A program made the translations under genes and the position numbers. 64,000 nt of DNA from Candidatus Saccharimonadota bacterium (GTDB taxonomy: Bacteria; Patescibacteriota; Saccharimonadia; Saccharimonadales; Saccharimonadaceae), in the NCBI GenBank assembly GCA_027492735.1, contig JAPUEE010000005.1, positions 65,719-129,718 on the forward strand, in the 5' to 3' direction. Shown here piece by piece: positions 50,596 to 59,918 of this stretch; positions within the stretch are counted from its first letter, which is position 1; each line of letters opens with the position of its first letter. Under the pieces are notes generated by a model that saw nothing but the letters and a program-made list of their open reading frames with translations, was not told the origin of the DNA and did no database searches.

Positions 50596-52373
50596 TGGCT
50601 GTTCTAACTGAGGATACCCAGCGTAAGGTTGAGGATCGCTTGGTTGAGGTCGGTGCGTTAACACTAGAACAACTAGACACGATCAAAGACGGAGCAAAAC
50701 AAGCCGGTCGGCCAGTTTTTGCGTATGCTATCGATCGTGGGGTTATTAACGAAGAGCAATTGACGGAGGCTATAGCCAAAGTTTCTGGCACACCGTATGT
50801 TAATCTATCGAAGGCCGTTATTGATTCCAAAGTGCTGGCTTTGTTACCTATGGAAGTAGCTCGACGCTTTATGGCGGTACCTCTCGGCGAAACCAACGAC
50901 GGTGGCGCGCAACGACTCGCTGTAGCGATGCTCGATGCCACCAATATTCAGGCGGTAGACTTTTTGTCACGAGCCATTGAGCGACCAATCAAAGTCTATA
51001 TCGCGAGTGAATCAGGTATTAATAACGTTATTTCTCAGTATCATATTGATATGGATAGCGTCGATTCAGTTCTGGCTGGATCGGGTAGTGAAGCTATTAA
51101 ATCAACAGAAACCAAAGATGTCAAAGTCCTGGTTCAAGATTCACCGATTAGTAAAATCCTGACTCAACTTCTAGAATATGCGCAGCGTGCACGAGCCTCC
51201 GACGTTCATATTGAGCCGCTCGAGGAGAGGCTAACGATTCGTTGTCGTATTGACGGTGTATTGCGTCGAGTGATGGATCTGCCGAAGTCGGTAGAGTCAG
51301 CGTTGATTTCACGTATTAAAATCTTGTCCAACCTCAAAATTGATGAACATCGTAAACCGCAGGACGGTCAGTTTACTATTATGGTGGGCAACAAAGAAGT
51401 CGACCTTCGTATCGCTATTTCGCCAGTAGTGTGGGGCGAGCAGGTAGTGATTCGCTTGCTCGATAAATCTGGATCATCGTTCAAACTAGAAGAAATGGGT
51501 TATACTGGCCGCGCTCTGCGGCTCATCAGAAAAGGTATCAAAAAGCCAAACGGTATGGTATTGACCTCTGGCCCGACTGGTTCTGGTAAGTCAACGTCGC
51601 TCTATGCGCTCGTTCAGGAGATCTTTAGCGAAGAGATCAACATTGTAACATTGGAGGATCCGGTTGAATACAAAATGTCTGGTGTTAATCAGATTCAAGT
51701 TAACCCGGCGGTGGGCCTGACCTTTGCCTCTGGATTGCGCTCGATTCTCCGCCAGGACCCAGATGTTGTGCTGGTTGGTGAGATTCGCGATAGCGAAACC
51801 GCTAATCTGGCAGTACAGGCAGCACTAACGGGGCACCTGGTGTTCTCGACGCTGCACACGAACTCAGCAGCTGGTATCTTGCCGCGTCTTCTCGACATGG
51901 GCATCGAGCCGTTCCTGATCGCTTCGACGGTGAATACTGTTATTGGTCAGCGGCTCGTGCGTCGCATCGCCAAGGACTCCGAGACCTATCAATCTGACGC
52001 AGTAGAGACCAACTCAATTCATAGTGTGGCTGGCTACTTGCTGCCAAAGACACCAGATGAAGTTGCGAGTGTTTCAGAGGACCTGGGTTATGGCGATCTC
52101 CCTCTGGCTGATGCTCCATCGTATACGCTGACTAGAGGTAAACCGTCGCCTTTGGCACCGAATGGCTATAAAGGTCGTATGGGTCTCTACGAAGTGATGG
52201 AGATTACCGATGAAATCCAGCAACTGATCTTGAAACACGCAACATCGGGTCAGATTCAAAAAGTGGCTATTGCCCAGGGAATGCTGCCGATGCATGTCGA
52301 TGGCTATCTAAAGGCCTTGGCAGGGCAGACAACGCTCGAAGAAGTAAACCGCATAGCCGCTAATATTGCGTAA
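50595..52373 (+). CDS. pilB: Type IV pilus assembly ATPase PilB (GspE family)
   Basis: 592 aa. N-terminal GspE_N-like domain, Walker A SGPTGSGKST, Walker B/Asp box VVLVGEIRD, His box TGHLVFSTLHTN. Confidence 0.9.
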   Translation: MAVLTEDTQRKVEDRLVEVGALTLEQLDTIKDGAKQAGRPVFAYAIDRGVINEEQLTEAIAKVSGTPYVNLSKAVIDSKVLALLPMEVARRFMAVPLGETNDGGAQRLAVAMLDATNIQAVDFLSRAIERPIKVYIASESGINNVISQYHIDMDSVDSVLAGSGSEAIKSTETKDVKVLVQDSPISKILTQLLEYAQRARASDVHIEPLEERLTIRCRIDGVLRRVMDLPKSVESALISRIKILSNLKIDEHRKPQDGQFTIMVGNKEVDLRIAISPVVWGEQVVIRLLDKSGSSFKLEEMGYTGRALRLIRKGIKKPNGMVLTSGPTGSGKSTSLYALVQEIFSEEINIVTLEDPVEYKMSGVNQIQVNPAVGLTFASGLRSILRQDPDVVLVGEIRDSETANLAVQAALTGHLVFSTLHTNSAAGILPRLLDMGIEPFLIASTVNTVIGQRLVRRIAKDSETYQSDAVETNSIHSVAGYLLPKTPDEVASVSEDLGYGDLPLADAPSYTLTRGKPSPLAPNGYKGRMGLYEVMEITDEIQQLILKHATSGQIQKVAIAQGMLPMHVDGYLKALAGQTTLEEVNRIAANIA

Positions 52374-52379
52374 TGGTTG

Positions 52380-52388
52380 TGCTATAAT
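52380..52388 (+). promoter_or_regulatory. Extended -10 (TGcTATAAT) upstream of pilT
   Basis: Lies in the 38-nt pilB-pilT gap. GGGAGGG Shine-Dalgarno follows. Confidence 0.45.
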
Positions 52389-52411
52389 AATGACAAGGAA
52401 CGGGAGGGCCA

Positions 52412-53476
52412 ATGGAAAACGTTAGAATCGAGATATTACTACAAGAAGTCATTAATCAACGGGCAAGCGACTTACACCTGCAAGTCGGGTTGCCGCCGAT
52501 TCTACGTGTGGATGGGGCTCTTGCGCCGATTAATAATACCCCAGTTCTCAGTATCGAGGCAGTCGAAAAGCTCATTTTCTCTATCTTGGACCAAGATCAA
52601 CAGCAAATCCTCATGAAAGACAAAGAGTTTGACTTTTCCTTTGCCTTTGGTGACCTGGGCCGATTTCGCGTTAACGCCTTCCACGAACGCGGTAACCTAG
52701 CCGCAGCTCTCCGTTTGATTCCGAACGAGATTCCGACTATTGCTGAGTTGGGATTGCCACGAATTATCGAGAAATTTTCTGACTTTCCACGCGGTTTAGT
52801 GCTCGTGACTGGGCCAACTGGTTCTGGTAAGTCAACAACGTTGGCGGCGCTCGTCGATAAAATTAACGAGGAAAAATCACATCACATCATCACCATCGAA
52901 GATCCGATTGAGTTTACCCATAAATCGAAACGCTCGGTGGTCGTTCAGCGCGAAGTTCACTATGATACGTATTCGTTTAACGCAGCGCTCCGTTCAGCGC
53001 TCCGCGAAGACCCGGATGTCGTGCTCATCGGTGAGATGCGCGATCTCGAGACAATTTCGGCAGCCATTACTATTGCAGAAACTGGACACTTGGTGTTTGC
53101 AACGTTGCACACTAACAGCGCTGCGCAGTCGATTGATCGTATGGTGAACGTTTTCCCGCCGCACCAGCAGCCTCAGATTAAAATTCAGCTCGCTAATATT
53201 TTGCAGGCAATCTGTGCGCAGCGTCTTGTCCCAGCCATTGGTGGTGGACGACTGGCTGCTGCCGAGGTGCTGCTCGCTAACAGTGCTGTCCGCAATATTA
53301 TCCGCGAAGGCAAAACCCATCAGTTAGACTCAGTGATTCAAACCAGTGCTGCCGAAGGTATGCAATCAATGGATCGCACGCTGGTACAAATGGTACAAGG
53401 CGGACAGATTACCTACGAAGAGGCCAAAAACTTCGCCGTAGACCTAGCAGAATTTGATAGGATGATGAAAGGATAG
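52412..53476 (+). CDS. pilT: Type IV pilus retraction ATPase PilT
   Basis: 354 aa. ASDLHLQVG, Walker A TGPTGSGKSTT, VVLIGEMRD, TGHLVFATLHTNSA, AIRNIIREGK. Confidence 0.9.
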   Translation: MENVRIEILLQEVINQRASDLHLQVGLPPILRVDGALAPINNTPVLSIEAVEKLIFSILDQDQQQILMKDKEFDFSFAFGDLGRFRVNAFHERGNLAAALRLIPNEIPTIAELGLPRIIEKFSDFPRGLVLVTGPTGSGKSTTLAALVDKINEEKSHHIITIEDPIEFTHKSKRSVVVQREVHYDTYSFNAALRSALREDPDVVLIGEMRDLETISAAITIAETGHLVFATLHTNSAAQSIDRMVNVFPPHQQPQIKIQLANILQAICAQRLVPAIGGGRLAAAEVLLANSAVRNIIREGKTHQLDSVIQTSAAEGMQSMDRTLVQMVQGGQITYEEAKNFAVDLAEFDRMMKG

Positions 53477-53486
53477 GGAACAATAG

Positions 53487-54695
53487 ATGCTAACATTCAG
53501 CTATACGGCACGCGATACAGCTGCCAATAAAATTATCAAGAGCACAGTTCAGGCTGAGACAGAAGCTGAGGCTGCAAAACTTTTGATGGCGCAGAATATT
53601 GTTCCTCTGAGCATGGAGGTTGAGGCTGAAAAGAAAGGATTCTTTGCCTCATTGAATTCACGCGTCGCTACCAAGGAAAAAGTTATCTTTTCGCGTCAGC
53701 TATCAACGCTCGTCAACGCTGGTTTACCGCTCGTTCAGTCGTTGAATACTATCGAGGAGCAAACGGCCAATAAAACGCTAAAGAATGTTGTCGGACAGGT
53801 CATTGGTGATGTTAATGGCGGCTCATCGCTCGCAGATTCTTTTGTGAAATATCCAAAGATTTTTGACCAGATCTTTATTGCGCTCGTTCGAGCCGGTGAA
53901 GCCTCGGGTACTCTCGATAAATCACTTGAGCGATTGGCTGATCAGCAGGAGCACGACGCTGACATGATGAGCAAGGTCAAAGGTGCCATGGTGTATCCAG
54001 CCATCGTTCTGTTTGCTATCGTCGGTGTCATCGCCTTTATGCTACTAACAGTGGTACCGCAAGTCGAAAAACTCTACAATGATATGGGTCAGGAACTACC
54101 GTTTATTACGATGATCCTGGTGCAGGCCGCTAACTTCATTACCAATTTTTGGTGGGTAGTTGTCGGTATCATAGCACTAGGTGTGTTCTTTTTCCTCAGG
54201 TGGATCAAAACCGAACCAGGCCGACGTGCGATCGATACCTTTAAACTGAACGTGCCGGTATTTTCTGGTCTATTTAGAAAACTCTATATGGCACGCTTTA
54301 CGCGAACACTCCAAACATTGTTGCAGTCCGGCGTACCAATGCTAGAGGCCCTAAAGATCGGTGCAGATTCTGTGAATAACGTGGTTGTCCAAGAAGAGAT
54401 CATGCGTGGCCAGGGCAAAGTAAAAAATGGTAAAGCCCTCAGCGTCTCTCTCTTGGGAGAGCCGTACATCATGGAGTTTGTGCCGCAGATGATAAAAATT
54501 GGTGAGCAATCGGGTAATATCGATACCATGGTGGGCAAAGTAGCAGATTTCTACGAAAAAGAGGTCGATACTGCGATTAAAGGTATCTCCACGGCGATTG
54601 AGCCTATCCTCATGGTCTGTATGGCTGGTATGGCCGGTCTTCTCGTGGGCGCTATTCTGATGCCGATTTACGGTCTCGCAAATACAGCATCATAA
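53487..54695 (+). CDS. pilC: Type IV pilus platform protein PilC (GspF family)
   Basis: 402 aa with duplicated GspF-type domains and 3 TM helices. Confidence 0.85.
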   Translation: MLTFSYTARDTAANKIIKSTVQAETEAEAAKLLMAQNIVPLSMEVEAEKKGFFASLNSRVATKEKVIFSRQLSTLVNAGLPLVQSLNTIEEQTANKTLKNVVGQVIGDVNGGSSLADSFVKYPKIFDQIFIALVRAGEASGTLDKSLERLADQQEHDADMMSKVKGAMVYPAIVLFAIVGVIAFMLLTVVPQVEKLYNDMGQELPFITMILVQAANFITNFWWVVVGIIALGVFFFLRWIKTEPGRRAIDTFKLNVPVFSGLFRKLYMARFTRTLQTLLQSGVPMLEALKIGADSVNNVVVQEEIMRGQGKVKNGKALSVSLLGEPYIMEFVPQMIKIGEQSGNIDTMVGKVADFYEKEVDTAIKGISTAIEPILMVCMAGMAGLLVGAILMPIYGLANTAS

Positions 54696-54784
54696 TATGC
54701 TCTGAAAATGCTTGCGTTTTTTTTTGAGTGGCGTATAATTATAGTGTTAGCAAACAGCAATTAATAGAAAGGGTTGGGTTATAT

Positions 54785-55204
54785 ATGTTAAAGTCTAACA
54801 AAGATAAAGGTTTTACCATCATTGAGGTCGTGTTGGTTCTAGCCATTGCTGGTTTGATCTTCTTGACTGTATTCTTGGCATTACCTGCCTTGCAGAAGAG
54901 CCAGCGTGATAATGCACGCCGACAAGACGTTGGTAACGTAGTAGCAGCGTTGCAGGCATATTTGTCAGATAATAATGCTATTCCAGCTGTAGGTAATACG
55001 GCATTTGCCAGCTATTACGGTGGTACTGCTAGCTTGGCTCAAGCTGACACGGTGACTATTACTGCAACTACTGCAGGTGCAGCCAACGCTACTATGATCA
55101 TTACACCTAGCTCTAAATGCCCAGGTGAAACTGGAGCCACTTCGCGTAATGCATCAGTCCGTATCTTGCTAGAATCTGGTACGACGTACTGCAAATCTAT
55201 GTAA
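54785..55204 (+). CDS. pilA: Type IV (major) pilin with class III signal peptide
   Basis: MLKSNKDKG|FTIIEVVLVLAIAGLIF prepilin cleavage/methylation motif. 139 aa. A strong terminator follows. Confidence 0.85.
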   Translation: MLKSNKDKGFTIIEVVLVLAIAGLIFLTVFLALPALQKSQRDNARRQDVGNVVAALQAYLSDNNAIPAVGNTAFASYYGGTASLAQADTVTITATTAGAANATMIITPSSKCPGETGATSRNASVRILLESGTTYCKSM

Positions 55205-55228
55205 GACTCTCTAGCTACTAGATGAACT

Positions 55229-55265
55229 AAAACCTCCGCCTAAACAGCGGAGGTTTTGCTTTTTA
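55229..55265 (+). terminator. Rho-independent terminator after pilA
   Basis: AAAACCTCCGC-ctaaaca-GCGGAGGTTTT followed by gcttttt. Confidence 0.85.
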
Positions 55266-55364
55266 TAGGGACTTTATATATCAAAAGACTTTGTTTACGA
55301 GCAGTTCTAGCAGCCCTAGGATCCGCTGTTACTATGTCGGTGTGGGGATTTCTGAATAGTACAT

Positions 55365-56969
55365 CTAATACTTGAGGACTTTTAATCGAGTGGCTAGGTA
55401 GCGCTTCTTTATGCCGTCTATGGCTGCAGGGGCCATCGAGTAGAGCTCTGGCACTGCTAGTAGCACCAAAACTGGCAGGAAGTTTACTATGTAGCGTGGA
55501 TTAGTCTCCCATATGAGGAGGAACAGAGCGAGACCCAAGATCGTGAGCTGCATGACTGCTCGCACCCTCTGTTTGTCTGGCCTGGCATACGTTTTGATAC
55601 TGCTTACTACTAGCGCTATCAGCAGTAGGGCATGGACAGCATTCATGAGATTTTGTGGAGCAAGTGGTTGCGTTTCGTCTCTCGACACGACGATCTTTTG
55701 GAGTTCCGAGGGACGATAGCCTGATGATTCGATATTCATATTGCCCAGGCGATACAGCGATTCATAGGTGCCTTCGGTCCACGTGCCGAGAGCCTTGAAA
55801 TAGAGGAAATAGGGGTAGAGAAACCCGAGATCTGCGAGGCGTTTTTTTGTCTCTGCTATGTTGTAGTCGATGGCCGCCTGTTCGGTCCGGTGTTTTGAAG
55901 TTGTCACGTCGTCATCGACGTTATATTGTCCGTTTTTTCCTAGTCCCATCATAACGTAATGTGTCCATGGGGTAGTGATTGAGCGCGGATCGGCTCTAGC
56001 ATGTATGTGGCTATCAGCTAGTTTCCCATATCCTAGCAGTAAAGCTGTCACTATGGTAACTATAGTAACGAGAGACAGAAGAAGCTGCTTCAGGCGGGCT
56101 CTTGTGGCGTGGATGAGCATATCAATAACGATAGCGACCAGGATAATCATAACGCTAAATTTGATCATCGATCCTAGTGCTGCCACAGTAGTAATTGCCG
56201 GTATTAGCCAGAAAGCTTTCTTTTTGTCCTTGGCAGTACGATACAGGGAATAGAGATATAGTATGGCGATTGGGAATGGTAACGAGAGCGTATCGGTATA
56301 AAATACTGGCGCATACATCAGTACAATAGGTAGGATAGAAGCACTGACCACCAGCGCGAACAGAGCTTTTTTAACGCCAAAGAGACGCCGAGCAGTGAGA
56401 TAGATGAGCAAGAGGCTGCTATTAATGGCGATAACATTCAGAATGGTTCCTATTAGTTGAAAGTTCGTGATACCGATCGCTGCGCTAGCGCCAAAGACAG
56501 TTTTTAGGAGGTAGAAAATAGGGATATTGTTCTGATGTCTATGCAGATAGTCGATGATATTAACGTCGATAGAGCCGCTCTTGACTGCATCTGCCGCACC
56601 TTGGGCAATCGAATTAAAGTCCCAGGCGCATAGCCTGTATACTCCATCAATACATTGAGGCTCCATTGGTAGGCTTATCTGCGACAAAAATAGTCCTTGT
56701 ACGATGACTAGCAAGCCAAAGAACAGTAATACGACACGTTTCTCTCTAGTTCGACTAAACGTACGACGGCGTATCCACTTGATAGCTAAACTCCATATGA
56801 GGAGTACGAGTAGGGTGTACAGTGCAATACTGAATAATTTGGTGATATGGAGCGGTATCCATCCTTCTCGTATGCCTGGCTTGAACACCATGCCAAATAA
56901 CATCATACCAAAGAAAAAAGCCAAACTGAGCGGTAGCGCTTTGAACAATAGTTTCTCTCTGAAATTCAC
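55365..56969 (-). CDS. Polytopic membrane protein, possible GT-C-type glycosyltransferase (GTG start)
   Basis: 534 aa with more than 10 TM helices and one larger loop. Architecture resembles ArnT/PMT-type GT-C enzymes. TGcTACACT box lies 6 nt upstream of the GTG. No catalytic motif verified. Confidence 0.45.
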   Translation of the reverse strand: MNFREKLLFKALPLSLAFFFGMMLFGMVFKPGIREGWIPLHITKLFSIALYTLLVLLIWSLAIKWIRRRTFSRTREKRVVLLFFGLLVIVQGLFLSQISLPMEPQCIDGVYRLCAWDFNSIAQGAADAVKSGSIDVNIIDYLHRHQNNIPIFYLLKTVFGASAAIGITNFQLIGTILNVIAINSSLLLIYLTARRLFGVKKALFALVVSASILPIVLMYAPVFYTDTLSLPFPIAILYLYSLYRTAKDKKKAFWLIPAITTVAALGSMIKFSVMIILVAIVIDMLIHATRARLKQLLLSLVTIVTIVTALLLGYGKLADSHIHARADPRSITTPWTHYVMMGLGKNGQYNVDDDVTTSKHRTEQAAIDYNIAETKKRLADLGFLYPYFLYFKALGTWTEGTYESLYRLGNMNIESSGYRPSELQKIVVSRDETQPLAPQNLMNAVHALLLIALVVSSIKTYARPDKQRVRAVMQLTILGLALFLLIWETNPRYIVNFLPVLVLLAVPELYSMAPAAIDGIKKRYLATRLKVLKY

Positions 56970-57007
56970 TCATACAGTGTAGCATAAACGAGAAACAAAT
57001 ACACTTA

Positions 57008-57016
57008 TGCTATAGT
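57008..57016 (+). promoter_or_regulatory. Extended -10 (TGcTATAGT) 8 nt upstream of the pilD ATG
   Basis: The -10 element ends at 57016 and the ATG is at 57025. Confidence 0.5.
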
Positions 57017-57024
57017 AGTAGACA

Positions 57025-57855
57025 ATGTACTATATGACCGTACTGTTTCTAGGATTAATCGGAGCCGCTATGGGCTCATTTGTAGGTGCGCTGACCTGGC
57101 GTATACGCCACAAAATGGACTTTGTTCGGGGTAGGAGTGAATGCGAGCATTGCCATCATATCTTGTCGGCAGTAGATTTGATACCAGTTTTCAGCTGGTT
57201 ATTTTTGCGTGGAAGGTGTCGCTATTGTCATAAGAAGATCGGCGCCCTAACACTATGGCTCGAGCTCGCTATGGCTGTCGTTTTTATTATGAGTTTTGTT
57301 TATTGGCCATTGGGACAACTCTATATTAAAACTGGCGCGGTTGATGGCTGGCAGATTGCACTGTTTGTCCTATGGTTAATTATGGCGGTGATGATGATGG
57401 CGCTTCTCGTCTACGATTATCGTTGGCGCTTGCTGCCTAACAAAATCATGTTTCCATTAATGGCGGTAGGGCTGCTATTTTCGCTAATGAACAATATAGT
57501 TGTTCATGATACATCTCTGTTACAGTATATTTTATCAATGGCACTGGGCTTGTTGCCAGTGGCTGGAGTGTACGGTCTCATCTATATATGTAGTAGCGGA
57601 CGGTTGATCGGATTCGGTGATGTTAAATTTGGTGTGGTAGTTGGGCTACTATTTGGCTGGCAAGGAGCATTATTAGTACTCGTTGTCGCCAATATCTTGG
57701 GGTCACTTGTTAGTTTGCCAATGCTACTATTCGGTAAGATGAAAATGAATAGCCAGATGGCGTTTGGGCCGTTTCTCATAGCGGCGACAGTAATAGTATT
57801 TTTGTTTCAGCATTATTTCATCACATTCTTTACTGAAAATCTTTTGCTATTATAG
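57025..57855 (+). CDS. pilD: Prepilin peptidase / N-methyltransferase (A24 family)
   Basis: Cys-box CEHCHHILSAVDLIPVFSWLFLRGRCRYCHKKI, then multiple TM helices and GFGDVKF. Confidence 0.9.
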   Translation: MYYMTVLFLGLIGAAMGSFVGALTWRIRHKMDFVRGRSECEHCHHILSAVDLIPVFSWLFLRGRCRYCHKKIGALTLWLELAMAVVFIMSFVYWPLGQLYIKTGAVDGWQIALFVLWLIMAVMMMALLVYDYRWRLLPNKIMFPLMAVGLLFSLMNNIVVHDTSLLQYILSMALGLLPVAGVYGLIYICSSGRLIGFGDVKFGVVVGLLFGWQGALLVLVVANILGSLVSLPMLLFGKMKMNSQMAFGPFLIAATVIVFLFQHYFITFFTENLLLL

Positions 57856-57861
57856 AGCTTG

Positions 57862-57870
57862 TGCTATAAT
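57862..57870 (+). promoter_or_regulatory. Extended -10 (TGcTATAAT) upstream of the minor-pilin operon
   Basis: Ends 11 nt before the ATG at 57882. Confidence 0.5.
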
Positions 57871-57881
57871 AAGAGATAATT

Positions 57882-58670
57882 ATGAAAAAGGGCGGACAAA
57901 AGGGATTCACTATCATAGAAGTATCTCTATTCATAGCGATATCGGCGCTGCTATTCGTCAGTTTACTTACCGGTATTAATGTCATGGTTGATCGATCGAG
58001 GTTTAGTAGTTCGATGAAAACGCTCGAAACATTGGTTAGATCTCAGTACGAAGAGGTTAGATCGGGCATAAACTCGAGAAATTCTGGTGTTGCAGCGAAT
58101 GTGTGTGGCACTGGCACTACTACGACCTCGTCGGGTTCGTCCAACTGTCTCTTGCTCGGAAAAATAATGACGTTTGACTACAATAGTTCCGCAGTAACTA
58201 TTAGTTATATTACAGGCACTCCAGTGAGCTATTCGTCAGATGTTGATAATGATACAGCTGTCACCATGGCAAGTCCAAAGGTCACTACCATTGCTCAGCA
58301 AACTGAACAGATTCAATGGGGTGGCACACTCAGCAAATCAGTTGTTATATATAGCACAACGAGCGGCTCTTCTGTTGCTAGTACGGGGAAGGCTTCTATA
58401 GTAATTCTTCGTAGTCCAATTAGCAGTGATATTTTAGTGTATGCTTCGAATACCGATTTGACCAGCAGCGGCATAGGAACTATTGATCGTACTAATATTT
58501 TGGCTCTCGTGGTACGAAATGCTGGCGGTGGTCCGGCAGGCGGGGCGGTGTGCGTTAATCCTGGCGCTAGCTCTAATGTAGTAAAAACGGTTATCCCTGT
58601 TAGTCCAAGTGCTGGGTTTGCAGCTGGATCGAGCGAATTAACAAGTCTAAAGGAGCAGTGTTCAAAATGA
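57882..58670 (+). CDS. Pilin-like protein (prepilin-type N-terminal cleavage/methylation domain)
   Basis: MKKGGQKG|FTIIEVSLFIAISALLF. 262 aa. Confidence 0.8.
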   Translation: MKKGGQKGFTIIEVSLFIAISALLFVSLLTGINVMVDRSRFSSSMKTLETLVRSQYEEVRSGINSRNSGVAANVCGTGTTTTSSGSSNCLLLGKIMTFDYNSSAVTISYITGTPVSYSSDVDNDTAVTMASPKVTTIAQQTEQIQWGGTLSKSVVIYSTTSGSSVASTGKASIVILRSPISSDILVYASNTDLTSSGIGTIDRTNILALVVRNAGGGPAGGAVCVNPGASSNVVKTVIPVSPSAGFAAGSSELTSLKEQCSK

Positions 58671-59245
58671 AGTACATGAAATCACTCTTGGCAAAACGTG
58701 GAGCTCGGCTCGGGTCGGAACAGGGAGATACATTGGTTGAGGTTATGCTAGCCATCGCGGTGCTAGGAGTGGCTGTGGTTGGCACTATGACAATCATGAA
58801 CAAATCTACGTTGCAGATGATGGACACTCTAGAGCGAACAGCTGTGCGCACTAGTATTAATTCTCAGTCTGAGCTTCTTAACTACGTGAGAGATAATTCG
58901 AAGGGTGAAAGTTCGGCCGTGTGGGCTGCGATAAAGAGTAGAACCGTAACGAGCACTAGCACGATCAGTGATGCGTGTAAATATAACAGTACAACGAGTT
59001 TCTACCTCAGTCGCAGTAATAACTCTCTCGATACTGTAACGCTAACAGCTATCAACTCTAACGCTAGCGCTAAAAATACGACCGGCAAAGCCGTAATCGG
59101 GACAGGTATCTGGATTGATGCAGTAAGATCTACTGGCGGCAGTATACCATATATAGATTTCTACGTTAGGGCCTGTTGGACGAGGCTAGCAAATAGTGCA
59201 GATTCTAGGAGTGCTACGATAGTGAGGTTATATGATCCAAACTAG
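58658..59245 (+). CDS. Minor pilin-like protein
   Basis: Leader ...GSEQG|DTLVEVMLAIAVLGVAVV with Glu at +5. 195 aa. The start could be a downstream Met. Confidence 0.65.
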   Translation: MFKMKYMKSLLAKRGARLGSEQGDTLVEVMLAIAVLGVAVVGTMTIMNKSTLQMMDTLERTAVRTSINSQSELLNYVRDNSKGESSAVWAAIKSRTVTSTSTISDACKYNSTTSFYLSRSNNSLDTVTLTAINSNASAKNTTGKAVIGTGIWIDAVRSTGGSIPYIDFYVRACWTRLANSADSRSATIVRLYDPN

Positions 59246-59297
59246 ACGTAATCTTGTGAGATTTAAATCTCAACACGCTAATGGTACAATGGTTACT

Positions 59298-59918
59298 ATG
59301 AAGAAACAGCGTGAGAAGGGTTTTACGTTGGTTGAATTGACGCTAGCAATGTCATTTTTGGCCTTTATCATGGTGTTTGTGGTTATAGTTTTGCTACAAA
59401 TTATGAATATTTATAACAAGGGCATAGCTATGACCCAGATTAATCAAACTGGGCGACAATTGAGTGATGATATCGCTAGCTCTGTCCGCTTTGCTCAACC
59501 TAGTACTGTTACTTATCTGTCTGCTAGCAACCGTCTCTGCACAGGGGATGTTTCATATATATGGAATGTAAATGGCGGTACGACGAATTCATTCGGCGAC
59601 ACCACCAACGCTCTCGGCGTTGTTCGAGTAAAGGATTCTGTGTCGGCTTATTGTAATGACCCGAGTCTCAAGCCAAATCTAGCTGATGCCAAGGTGTCAA
59701 TCTTGGCTGGACCTAGTGTTAGCGTCCTAGGGTTTACTGTTTCAAAATCACCGAGTTTCGTAAGAATTGTTTCGGTGCTGTCTACCTCTGGTAATAACAA
59801 GCCAGTTTTGAGTGGTGGTAATTGGACTTGCCTCGGTAGCGGCGGCGGTGCTAGTAGTAACCCATATTGTGCGTTTGCGACATTTGATAACACGATCTAT
59901 ATGAGGGGAGGTCAGTAG
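59298..59918 (+). CDS. Minor pilin-like protein
   Basis: MKKQREKG|FTLVELTLAMSFLAFIMVFVV. The track ORF starts at 59232. Confidence 0.75.
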   Translation: MKKQREKGFTLVELTLAMSFLAFIMVFVVIVLLQIMNIYNKGIAMTQINQTGRQLSDDIASSVRFAQPSTVTYLSASNRLCTGDVSYIWNVNGGTTNSFGDTTNALGVVRVKDSVSAYCNDPSLKPNLADAKVSILAGPSVSVLGFTVSKSPSFVRIVSVLSTSGNNKPVLSGGNWTCLGSGGGASSNPYCAFATFDNTIYMRGGQ

